Shown piece by piece: positions 20,653 to 29,285 of a stretch of 64,000 bases of DNA. Origin of the DNA: Bacteroidota bacterium (GTDB lineage Bacteria > Bacteroidota > Bacteroidia > Chitinophagales > Saprospiraceae). The notes beneath the pieces are model-generated. The model worked only from the letters and a program-made list of their open reading frames with translations, ran no database searches and was not told the DNA's origin. The stretch covers positions 37,449-101,448 of the forward strand of contig JBCBRY010000011.1 in the NCBI GenBank assembly GCA_039819485.1. Reading direction: 5' to 3'. Within the stretch, counting starts at the first letter, position 1, and the number at the start of each line of letters is the position of its first letter. The position numbers and the translations under genes were made by a program.

Positions 20653-21582
20653 ATGGAAAAATTAACCCGTTGCCCGGCCTGTAATTCCGCACAATTCAAT
20701 TCTTTTATCAAGACCAAATCACAGATGCATGACGGGAAAGAGCGATTCAATTTTGACCAGTGTGAAAATTGCGGATTGGTATTTTTAAATCCACGGGTGC
20801 CGGAAAGTGACCTGGGGAAATATTATACTTCATATTATCTCCCTTACCGAGTGGAGGAAGCATGGGGTAAGTACGCACATTTTGTAGAAGAAAGTCAAAA
20901 AGGAATTGATAAAAAAAGAGTTGCCACTATAAATAAATTTCATCCAATAAATATAGGAAGTAAAATATTGGATGTCGGTTGTGGTAAACCGACCTTTTTA
21001 AAAGCTATTCAGGAAAAAATTAATTGCCATTTATTTGGACTTGACTTTAGTGACGAGGGGTGGAAAAATGAACCTGATAAATATGCTGGGATCAATTTAC
21101 AAAAAGGAGATATTGATGATTTAGACACAACAATAAAAATGGATGCCATTACAATGTGGCATTATTTAGAACATGATTACCGGCCACAGAAAAATTTGAG
21201 AAAATTATTAAAAATTGCACATCCAAAAACGAGGCTGATCATTGAAGTGCCCAACTTTGATTCGCATACCCGTAAAAAATTTGGCGAAAACTGGGCGGGC
21301 TATCATACGCCCCGGCACACAGGTTTATATTCACCAAACAATATGGAGGTGCTTTTAAATAATGCTGGATGGAAAGTAGAGAAAATATATAGCTACGGCA
21401 CCCTCGATCCGTATACATTGCGTTGGATGAGCCGGATGGAAAAAAGAGGGATCGACTGGCAGAAAAGTATGGAAGATGAATTTGTAGGCTATGTAGCAAA
21501 CATGGTTTTGACGGCACCTCTTTATTTATTGCATAAAAATATTTCACTCGGATTTATGACGGCAGTAGCAACGCCAAAATGA
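20653..21582 (+). CDS. Class I SAM-dependent methyltransferase with an N-terminal Cys4 zinc ribbon
   Basis: CPACNS...CENCG, then the SAM motif ILDVGCGKPTFL. Confidence 0.75.
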   Translation: MEKLTRCPACNSAQFNSFIKTKSQMHDGKERFNFDQCENCGLVFLNPRVPESDLGKYYTSYYLPYRVEEAWGKYAHFVEESQKGIDKKRVATINKFHPINIGSKILDVGCGKPTFLKAIQEKINCHLFGLDFSDEGWKNEPDKYAGINLQKGDIDDLDTTIKMDAITMWHYLEHDYRPQKNLRKLLKIAHPKTRLIIEVPNFDSHTRKKFGENWAGYHTPRHTGLYSPNNMEVLLNNAGWKVEKIYSYGTLDPYTLRWMSRMEKRGIDWQKSMEDEFVGYVANMVLTAPLYLLHKNISLGFMTAVATPK

Positions 21583-21613
21583 ACCAATACCAAGAATCAT
21601 TATTTTTTTATCT

Positions 21614-21678
21614 CATAGGCACAGTAGGACACATAGAAAATTATTAGTAATAAACTTATGTGTCCTACTGTGCCTATG
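21614..21678. repeat. Hairpin with a 22-bp perfect stem between convergent genes
   Basis: CATAGGCACAGTAGGACACATA (21614-21635) is the exact reverse complement of 21657-21678, with a 21-nt loop. Confidence 0.9.
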
Positions 21679-21730
21679 TGTTAAAAAAGTTCGAGTCAGT
21701 TTGTCCCTATATTCAAGAAAAAACAACATT

Positions 21731-22450
21731 TCACAATAGATACTTTGCTAATGGGTTTTCTCCGCCCCAGGTACCCATCGATGCATACGGCTGAAAACGC
21801 GAGAACATTTCTTCTTTGTACCAATTTAATTTTCTCGTTTTTTCAATGGCTACCCTGTGTTCTTTGCTCTTGTAGGCAAAGGCTTTTACCGACTCAAAAT
21901 CCTTCCAGACACTGAAGGTAGCCATCTGTACCAAAGGCGCTTCTCCGATACCTTTGGTGTAAATCAATCCATCGTTCTCCTTGAGAGGAATGCTGGAGGT
22001 CGGTACGTACCGCCAAAAAGTCGGCAGCATTTTCCATTTGATCGTGGCCCGGGTAATAATGGCAGTCAGTTTATTTTCTTTATCCAATGCCGAAGAAGGC
22101 GTAAAAGGATTTTTTTTCGACCACTCCCCTGTCGCTTTTATATTTTTCATGAAAATCGTCCACCGTTCGGCAGTATGATCTTGGTATTTTTTGATGACTT
22201 CGGAGTCGTTGAAAAAATGCCGGGCGAGTTCCTCGTTTTCCCAAACGCATAAAATGGCATATGTCGTCCAATCCGGATAGGGATTGAAACCGTCATTGGC
22301 ACCACTGCCCATCAATTTGTAGAATGCCAGGCCTTTGGCCCTGGCGAGATAAGCATGGGCAAATTGCATCATGCCGAATGCCCATAACTGGTTGCGGAAT
22401 CCTTGGAAACGAAAAAAGGTAATGCTGCTTATTTGTTGATGGTCGGGCAC
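21731..22450 (-). CDS. CrtA-like (spheroidene monooxygenase family) carotenoid oxygenase
   Basis: 239 aa; ITFFRFQGFRNQLWAFGMMQFA...GLAFYKLMGSG...YAILCVWE parallels the CrtA N-terminus as I recall it. The protein has an internally duplicated architecture and neighbours the crt genes. Confidence 0.6.
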   Translation of the reverse strand: MPDHQQISSITFFRFQGFRNQLWAFGMMQFAHAYLARAKGLAFYKLMGSGANDGFNPYPDWTTYAILCVWENEELARHFFNDSEVIKKYQDHTAERWTIFMKNIKATGEWSKKNPFTPSSALDKENKLTAIITRATIKWKMLPTFWRYVPTSSIPLKENDGLIYTKGIGEAPLVQMATFSVWKDFESVKAFAYKSKEHRVAIEKTRKLNWYKEEMFSRFQPYASMGTWGGENPLAKYLL

Positions 22451-22875
22451 TTGGTCGGAGATATGGAAATATTTTTATCTAAAATTTGAAATAAAAAAAT
22501 GTGAGTTTTTTCACTTTTTTGGCACACATTAAAAATAATGGCAATGTTTTTGAAATATTACGATCAAATGTAATGTGGCAGCAATGACGGGAGGTTTCAG
22601 ATGATCAAAATTGACATATTAAAAATACACTTCATCCTTAATGTTATATTCCAGAAACCGGCATCCCAACAACTGGTATGTCCTGGAAACCGAAATTTTC
22701 GTTTTTTTTCAAGACTAGTTTAAGTAGAGTATTGTAACAAATTTTTACCCTGTGCGCTGCCCTCGTGGCAGCGCCAGTTAGGGTCTTCCCCATTACCGAC
22801 CAGAAAAGCCACACACTAATATTCCCCTTTTATCCCCCAACCCGAAAAACCCTTCACACGATGTTACACTATATT

Positions 22876-22906
22876 GGCAACCATCTTTAGGTGGTTGCCT
22901 TTTTTT
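22876..22906 (+). terminator. Orphan plus-strand intrinsic terminator with no plus-strand CDS upstream
   Basis: GGCAACCA-TCTTTAGG-TGGTTGCC followed by T7. Both flanking genes are on the minus strand. Confidence 0.6.
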
Positions 22907-23012
22907 AGCGATTCTCTGCGGAATTGCTTTTCTCGCGCAGAGGGCGCATAGTCCGCAGAGAAATTTTATGTGCGAATTATTTTGGCATTACAGGTAGTGG
23001 TTTAACTGCTCT

Positions 23013-24155
23013 CTAATCCACGATCATTTCTGCCGTGTTCAACTCCTGTTGTTTGATCTCTTTTGGCAGTTCCCGGTATTCATATTGCTGGTTCCTCAAC
23101 TTGGGTTCGTACCCGGCGTCCCGGATCGCCTGTTGGATGCCATCAGCGGTAAAACGGAAACGGGCACCAGCTGCCGACACTACATTTTCCTCGATCATGA
23201 TACTACCAAAATCATTGGCACCAGCGTGGAGGCAAAGCTGCGCAACTTGTTTTCCAACGGTCAGCCAACTGGCCTGAATATTTGTCACGTTGGGCAACAT
23301 GATACGGCTCATCGCGATCATCCGTACGTATTCGTCGCCGGTGCAGGTATTGCGGGCACGTTTGATTTTTTTCAGGATGGTATCCTCGTCTTGAAATGGC
23401 CAGGGTATGAAAGCAATGAAGCCTTTGGCACCGGTTGGTTTGCGGTCCTGTACTTCCCTGATTTTTACCAAGTGCTGCATCCGTTCGAGGTTGGTTTCGA
23501 TGTGGCCGAACATCATGGTGGCGGAAGTGGTCAGGCCAACATTGTGTGCTTCGTGCATGATATCGAGCCATTCTTTGGCACCGCATTTCCCTGCGGAAAT
23601 GAGGCGTCGTACCCGGTCATCCAGAATTTCTGCACCTGCTCCGGGAAGGCTGTCGAGGCCCGCTTCTTTCAGTGCTTTCAACACTTCGTAATGTGTCGAT
23701 TTTTCCAACTTGGTCACGTGGGCAATCTCCGGTGGGCCTAATGCGTGCAACTTTAAATTGGGGTACAGCGACTTCAGTTCGCTGAACAAGTTGCAGTAAT
23801 ATTCCAATCCAAGGTCCGGATGGTGACCACCCTGCAGCAGCAATTGCTCGCCGCCATAAGCGAAGGTCTCTTCAATTTTCTGTTTGTATTCTTCGATGCT
23901 GGTGATGTAGCTCTCCTCATGACCCGGACGGCGGAAAAAATTGCAAAACTTACAATTTGCAATGCAGACATTCGTCGTATTGGAGTTGCGGTCGATGATC
24001 CAGGTGACCACATTATTGGGGACGTGGTGCTGACGGAGTCGGTTGCCAACGTACATGAGTTCCGCAGTGGAGGCATTTTCAAAAAGAAAGACACCTTCTT
24101 CGGCGGTGAGGTGTTCGAGGCGCAGGGCCTTATGCAATAAAGCGTCAGTTTGCAT
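23013..24155 (-). CDS. Radical SAM enzyme of futalosine-pathway menaquinone biosynthesis (MqnC/MqnE family)
   Basis: 380 aa; IIDRNSNTTNVCIANCKFCNFFR is the CxxxCxxC radical SAM site in the CofH/Mqn context. I cannot tell MqnC from MqnE by eye. Confidence 0.8.
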   Translation of the reverse strand: MQTDALLHKALRLEHLTAEEGVFLFENASTAELMYVGNRLRQHHVPNNVVTWIIDRNSNTTNVCIANCKFCNFFRRPGHEESYITSIEEYKQKIEETFAYGGEQLLLQGGHHPDLGLEYYCNLFSELKSLYPNLKLHALGPPEIAHVTKLEKSTHYEVLKALKEAGLDSLPGAGAEILDDRVRRLISAGKCGAKEWLDIMHEAHNVGLTTSATMMFGHIETNLERMQHLVKIREVQDRKPTGAKGFIAFIPWPFQDEDTILKKIKRARNTCTGDEYVRMIAMSRIMLPNVTNIQASWLTVGKQVAQLCLHAGANDFGSIMIEENVVSAAGARFRFTADGIQQAIRDAGYEPKLRNQQYEYRELPKEIKQQELNTAEMIVD

Positions 24156-24293
24156 TATGATAAATTATTGGATTTGTAAGCTGGTGAAAAATCAGGGGGG
24201 TTAAAAAGAAAACAAAGATAGGTAAATAGGGTTTTTGGAAAGTTTTTGAAATATTAAATGGAGCCATTCGGACTTGACTCTTATTGTTTGCTT

Positions 24294-25742
24294 TTACCAA
24301 CCCCCATCAAAATAGCGCTGGGGAACATCCCCCTTCGATTTTTTCTTCCGGCGCTTTTTCTTTTTTCGTTTCTTTTTTTCTTTCTTAGAAATTTCGGGCG
24401 CCTGGTAAGCCAGGCGGGGAGCGAAAGTACGGCGAGTCAGTGGTGTCCATTGTTGGGCAAGGCTTTGTATGGCGACCTGTTCCCGTTTTGGTGCTGTATA
24501 AGCTAATAATTCTTTTTCTTGAAAACACAGCCCTGCGGACAAAGCAGTAGCCAGCGGTGTTTCAGCGATCGTACCAGACCGGTTTTTATCTTCAATATAA
24601 TCCCCAACGATATCCCAGACGATGGCGCCGTTCAAATTGTTTTCAACGATGTATCTTCCTTTATTGAAAATACTCTTTTCATCGTCGTAAGTGACAAAGG
24701 TTTTTAATTTTTTGCCTTTTAAATAAGGCACTCCTGCTTGTTCATCCCATTTATAATAAAACTTGTGTTGCTGCGCAATGATGTTGTAATAGGCCGGTGT
24801 GCCCTTGTCTTTGGCAAATGTTTTTTCATCCTTTAGCTTTTGAGAGGCTTTATGAATATCTGCCTTACCTCTTGTTTGCAGGCTCCTGCCAAAAAAAGCA
24901 AGACCGATGTTTATTTTTGAAGGATGCACCAGGTGCTTTTCTGTCAAAAGTTGGACAGAGCTATTGATGTCGTAGCCTTCCACTCCCTTGCGGGGGGCAT
25001 ATAAAGGCGAGTGGTGATTGGTCCGGCTGGGCTTGCTGCCATAATAGCTGTAGGTCATCAGGTTAATCTGGTCAAGCAATGGGGCTACCGCTTCCCAGTC
25101 AATTTGCTCAAGGTGTGACCTGCCAGCCCCGAAATCAGCAGTCAGCCATATCTTTTTTCCCGTTTCTTTTTGCAGCACGTCAAAGAGGCGGGACACTTCT
25201 TTAATCAGCAATGTGAAATTTTCTGCATCCTCTTGGTGTCTGGGATATTCCCAATCTATATCAACTCCATCAACTTGGAAAGTACGGATCAGTTCAACGC
25301 AGCTTTCTGCAAAACGACGTCTTTTTATCGGACTACTCGCAACTGCCGGAAAGTTTTTGGAGAGGGTCCAGCCGCCAATGGAGATTAAAACTTTTACCCC
25401 GTGTGCATGTGCTTTGTCGACCAGGGAAGTGCCTTTTCGGTGCAGCGAGCGATCTAGGGCTTTGCTCTTTTTGTATCCTTTGTTGGCTTCGTCTGTAAAC
25501 TCCCCCAGCAACAGTGTTTTGTCTGCCAATGGATCGAACAGCGAAATACTGCCATCTTTGTTGGGGGTTAAAAAAGCATAATTGATGAAAGAGTATTTGC
25601 TGTAGTCAATCGTGGAAGGGTTTACTAACCGGCCACGGTCATACCACTTCCAACTGGGATAAAAAGCCACTACCTCCCGACAGGGCTGGGCTTGCAGCTC
25701 GCCACAAAAAATCAGTAGGAATAAGAGGTGGAAATATCTCAT
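24294..25742 (-). CDS. Secreted glycoside hydrolase family 18 (chitinase-like) with a polybasic C-terminal tail
   Basis: Signal peptide MRYFHLLFLLIFCGELQAQ and GH18 catalytic motif DGVDIDWEYP. The C-terminus reads KKEKKKRKKKKRRKKKSKG. Confidence 0.85.
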   Translation of the reverse strand: MRYFHLLFLLIFCGELQAQPCREVVAFYPSWKWYDRGRLVNPSTIDYSKYSFINYAFLTPNKDGSISLFDPLADKTLLLGEFTDEANKGYKKSKALDRSLHRKGTSLVDKAHAHGVKVLISIGGWTLSKNFPAVASSPIKRRRFAESCVELIRTFQVDGVDIDWEYPRHQEDAENFTLLIKEVSRLFDVLQKETGKKIWLTADFGAGRSHLEQIDWEAVAPLLDQINLMTYSYYGSKPSRTNHHSPLYAPRKGVEGYDINSSVQLLTEKHLVHPSKINIGLAFFGRSLQTRGKADIHKASQKLKDEKTFAKDKGTPAYYNIIAQQHKFYYKWDEQAGVPYLKGKKLKTFVTYDDEKSIFNKGRYIVENNLNGAIVWDIVGDYIEDKNRSGTIAETPLATALSAGLCFQEKELLAYTAPKREQVAIQSLAQQWTPLTRRTFAPRLAYQAPEISKKEKKKRKKKKRRKKKSKGDVPQRYFDGGW

Positions 25743-25747
25743 TAGAA

Positions 25748-25834
25748 GGAGTCAGGAGTCAGGAGTCAGGGGACAGGGGACAGGAGTCAGGGGGCTGATG
25801 TTTGCCTGACTCCTGTCCCCTGATCCCTGACCCC
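25748..25834. repeat. Word-repeat hairpin built from GTCAGGR/GACAGGG heptamers (18-bp perfect core stem)
   Basis: CAGGGGACAGGAGTCAGG (25774-25791) is the exact reverse complement of 25805-25822. Flanking tandem heptamers extend the pairing imperfectly. Confidence 0.9.
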
Positions 25835-26746
25835 TCATCGGACAGGTTTTACAGTGTAGCCTTCTTTACGCAATAATGAAACCACACCTTGTTCTCCACC
25901 GAGGTGACCTGCACCGACGGCAAAGAAGGTAGGCTGCTCCAGCATCATTTTTCCCATGACGGGTATCCAGTTTTTGTTACGTGTATTTAAGAGAAGATCC
26001 TCATATTCTGCAATGCCTTCGTCTCCGCCCATCATGTCCACCATGCCTTTGATGTCTTGATTTTTGTAGAGTTCTACCATTTTGGCAAACTCCTCGTCTC
26101 CGGCATCGGCAGATTTGATGCTTTCTACGAGCATCTGGGCTTGTGCGTCGTAGGGGATGCTGTCAAAGACGCTCATTTGGAATTCCATGCTTTCGAGCCC
26201 GCCCATTTTCTTGCCCTTGGCCATTTCCATGATTTCCATTTCATAGGAAAGCATTTCACCTGAGCTCATTGCCGTGGGCGACATGTCGCCCGAAGCCATG
26301 ACGGTCAGGAACATGGGCTTGATACGCTCGAACATGAATAGTGGCAGCCCGATTTCCTGAAAATGGTCTTGCACCAGTTTGTAATCCTCCTCACTGAGCA
26401 AGTCTTTGAGTGTTTTTCCTCCTTCCATGAAGGCTTGCATCAGCAGGCCCAACTGAGCGGACATGTCGGTCATGTCTTCCATGTTGATTTCGAAAGTGAC
26501 CATTTCCGACCGTTCGATAAATGCTTTGGTACTGTCTGTCATAAAGAAATCATCCTTGCCGATGAGGTGGATGGTTCCATACAGCCATGAAACAGAAGTG
26601 AGCCCGTTCCCACTGATTTCCCACAGCAAGGAGTTCTCATCATTGGAAACGGCCGTTTGGGCAGCTTCGGCGGCAGCTGCATCAGCCTGGGCAAAGGCAC
26701 TGAAAGAAATAACAAATGCTAACAGTAAGGTGAATAGGTATCTCAT
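25835..26746 (-). CDS. TraB/GumN family protein
   Basis: Signal peptide; LLWEISGNGL...WLYGTIHL and a C-terminal FFAVGAGHLGGEQGV. Confidence 0.8.
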   Translation of the reverse strand: MRYLFTLLLAFVISFSAFAQADAAAAEAAQTAVSNDENSLLWEISGNGLTSVSWLYGTIHLIGKDDFFMTDSTKAFIERSEMVTFEINMEDMTDMSAQLGLLMQAFMEGGKTLKDLLSEEDYKLVQDHFQEIGLPLFMFERIKPMFLTVMASGDMSPTAMSSGEMLSYEMEIMEMAKGKKMGGLESMEFQMSVFDSIPYDAQAQMLVESIKSADAGDEEFAKMVELYKNQDIKGMVDMMGGDEGIAEYEDLLLNTRNKNWIPVMGKMMLEQPTFFAVGAGHLGGEQGVVSLLRKEGYTVKPVR

Positions 26747-26830
26747 GGATTCGTATTTTTTACAAAGATAATTTGATTAACGACTTGAAGCTGGTTTTTG
26801 ATTTTCAAAAAGTAAAAGACAACTAAATGA

Positions 26831-26862
26831 GAAAAGGGTGTGAGATTTCCCACACCCTTTTC
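26831..26862 (-). terminator. Terminator hairpin after the BI-1 family gene
   Basis: GAAAAGGGTGTG / CACACCCTTTTC, a 12-bp perfect stem with an 8-nt loop, 25 nt downstream of the stop. Confidence 0.6.
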
Positions 26863-26886
26863 ACTACAATATTTAGTAGAAACAGT

Positions 26887-27663
26887 TTATTCACTGCTGG
26901 ATAAAATGGCCAACAGGCGAAGTATTTCTACGTATAACCAGATAAGGGTAACCAACAGGCCCATGCCGCAGAACCATTCCATGTATTTGGGGGCGCCGTA
27001 CTGTGCGCCTTTTTCAAACATGTCGAAATCGAGGAGCAGGTTCAGCGCTGCGATGCCAATGATCACTACACTGATTCCGATGCCCAACATGCCGCCTTCG
27101 TGCAGGAATGGGATACTCATCCCAAAAAAGCTGAGTATCCAGCTGAGCAGGTAAACAAGCATAATGGCTCCGGTAGCCATGAAAACGCCCATCCTGAATT
27201 TCTCAGTAACCTTGATCAGTCCCGTTTTGTAGATAAACAGCATCATGAACAGAACAGCAAAAGTCAGAGTAATGGCGTGGAAAACGATGCCCCCGCCCAA
27301 TGCGCCGGCGTACATAGCAGTGATAGAACCGACGAAGAGGCCCTCCAAAGCTGCATAAATTGGACCCAATGTACCAGAAAGGTGCTTTTTGAATGAAGCA
27401 AAAATCAGTACGCCCAGGCCACCAAATACACCAAGCAAAATGAACATCATACTGGGCTGCTGATAACTGAATGCAGCAGTGATTAACATGATGCCAAAAA
27501 GGATGAATGATTTATTGACGGCACCCATGACCGTCATTTTCTCCGTAACTATATGCGCAGCCGTCATGTCGGCATCCAGCACTTCCTGATTGGTACTGTT
27601 GCGCAATGCCTCCTCTTTCATAAAAGGATTAGACGAAGATTGAAATCTGTTTCTAAAAGCCAT
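26887..27663 (-). CDS. Bax inhibitor-1/YccA family membrane protein
   Basis: 258 aa; a soluble N-terminus followed by ~7 TM helices typical of the family. Confidence 0.75.
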   Translation of the reverse strand: MAFRNRFQSSSNPFMKEEALRNSTNQEVLDADMTAAHIVTEKMTVMGAVNKSFILFGIMLITAAFSYQQPSMMFILLGVFGGLGVLIFASFKKHLSGTLGPIYAALEGLFVGSITAMYAGALGGGIVFHAITLTFAVLFMMLFIYKTGLIKVTEKFRMGVFMATGAIMLVYLLSWILSFFGMSIPFLHEGGMLGIGISVVIIGIAALNLLLDFDMFEKGAQYGAPKYMEWFCGMGLLVTLIWLYVEILRLLAILSSSE

Positions 27664-27870
27664 AATTAAGGTTTTGATTTTTTAATATGAGCGAAAGAAA
27701 TGGCCGATTGTCTTTCTGCTCAGATTTAATTAGAGAATTTGTGCCTGCAATTTTAACAAAAATTCGGCTGAAAAGGTTAATCCCTCTGTAATATCCAAAA
27801 TGATGCACGTTTTGAAAACAATTCGACGGGTATCTTTCTTTTACTATTTTTCACCACAAATCATACTACG

Positions 27871-29121
27871 ATGACAGATGTAATAATCATTGGAGGCGGT
27901 CTTGCCGGATTGACGGCTGCTAATTATTTACAAAAAAAAGACATTTCTTTCCAGTTGCTTGAATCCACTGACCGGGTTGGTGGCCGGGTGAAAACGGATG
28001 TAAAAGATGGCTGCCGGATGGATCGGGGGTTTCAGGTGCTGCTGACTGCCTACCCCGAAGCCAAGCAGTTGCTGGACTACGAAAAGCTCAACCTGAAAAG
28101 GTTCAGCCCTGGTGCTGCCCTGCTCATGCCCAAAGGAAAAATCGAACGAATCGGCGACCCCATGCGAGATGTCAGTGCCTTGCTTCCAACGATCTCTTCC
28201 TCAGCGGGTAGCATGAGTGATAAATTGGGGATCTTGAAACTGCGGGGGCAGCTCGACAGCATGTCTATCGAGAATATTTTTGCACAACCAGAAAAAACCG
28301 CATTGCAGGCGCTGCGTGATGATTATGGTTTTAGTGAAAAAATAATTGAGCGATTTTTTCGACCATTTTTTAGCGGTATATTTTTGGAAAACGATCTGTC
28401 AACGAGTCGCCGTATGTTCGACTTTGTTTTCAAAATGTTTGGAGAAGGGCATGCCGCTGTTCCGAATAATGGCATGGAAGAAATTCCAATCCAATTAGCG
28501 GATAATTTATTGCCAGAAAATATTCGGGCCAACTGTACGGCGGAAAAAATAGAGGGCCAAAAAATATTTATTAAAGGAGGAGAAATAATTAATGCAAAAA
28601 ATATTTTAATTGCTACCCAGGCCAACGCTTTGGTGAAAAATTATTTTCCAAAAATAAATAAAAAATACGTGAGTACCTTGCACGTACATTTTATTTCGGA
28701 AACCCCTGCAATTGCTAAACCTTTGATTGGGTTAAATACCGTAAAAAATAAATTGGTAAATAATATTTGCACTATAAATAAAGTAGCTCCGGGGTATGCA
28801 GAAAATGGAAAAAATTTAATTTCAATTTCTGTGGTAGGAAAATCAGGTTTAAAAGAAAATAAATTAATTGATGAAATAAAAAAAGAATTGAAAACGTGGT
28901 TTGGCGATGAAGTGGACAGGTGGGAATATTTAAATTCCCATTTAGTCGAATATGCACTCCCGGCACAAAATACAGTGTCGCATCAAATAAAGGACAATGA
29001 AATAAAATTATCGGATAATTTATTTTTGTGCGGCGACCATTTATTGAATGGATCAATTGACGCAGCGATGAAAAGCGGACGACGGGCAGCGGAGGTAATA
29101 ATAAAAGAATTAGGTAATTAA
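27871..29121 (+). CDS. FAD-dependent oxidoreductase (amine oxidase / desaturase-like fold)
   Basis: VIIIGGGLAGLTAANYL...ESTDRVGGRV dinucleotide fold; C-terminal FLCGDHLLNGSIDAAMKSG. Confidence 0.75.
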   Translation: MTDVIIIGGGLAGLTAANYLQKKDISFQLLESTDRVGGRVKTDVKDGCRMDRGFQVLLTAYPEAKQLLDYEKLNLKRFSPGAALLMPKGKIERIGDPMRDVSALLPTISSSAGSMSDKLGILKLRGQLDSMSIENIFAQPEKTALQALRDDYGFSEKIIERFFRPFFSGIFLENDLSTSRRMFDFVFKMFGEGHAAVPNNGMEEIPIQLADNLLPENIRANCTAEKIEGQKIFIKGGEIINAKNILIATQANALVKNYFPKINKKYVSTLHVHFISETPAIAKPLIGLNTVKNKLVNNICTINKVAPGYAENGKNLISISVVGKSGLKENKLIDEIKKELKTWFGDEVDRWEYLNSHLVEYALPAQNTVSHQIKDNEIKLSDNLFLCGDHLLNGSIDAAMKSGRRAAEVIIKELGN

Positions 29122-29285
29122 ATAAATATTTTTTCGACACAGTGGTGCATTGGTAAAGAAGTTTTGTTTTGAGCCCTGCGTCTTCGTGTCACTGTGTTTT
29201 TGCCTTTGTTTTTGGTTCAACTTTTCCCTGCCTATCTTTGTTCTTTCAAGGCTAAAAAGCCCCATTTCAGCAATCACCACATTCA

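Noticed and set aside
22601-22723. 40-aa plus-strand ORF (MIKIDILKIHFILNVIFQKPASQQ...) in the large intergenic gap
   Set aside because: There is no convincing start context or recognisable peptide features. It ends in a T-run region, and the gap is better explained as promoter plus candidate sRNA. It is left uncalled.
23049-23741. 230-aa plus-strand ORF, plus several 80-125-aa ORFs in both strands
   Set aside because: They overlap the radical SAM Mqn-family gene, which has the CxxxCxxC site and full-length similarity. The alternative frames have no motifs.
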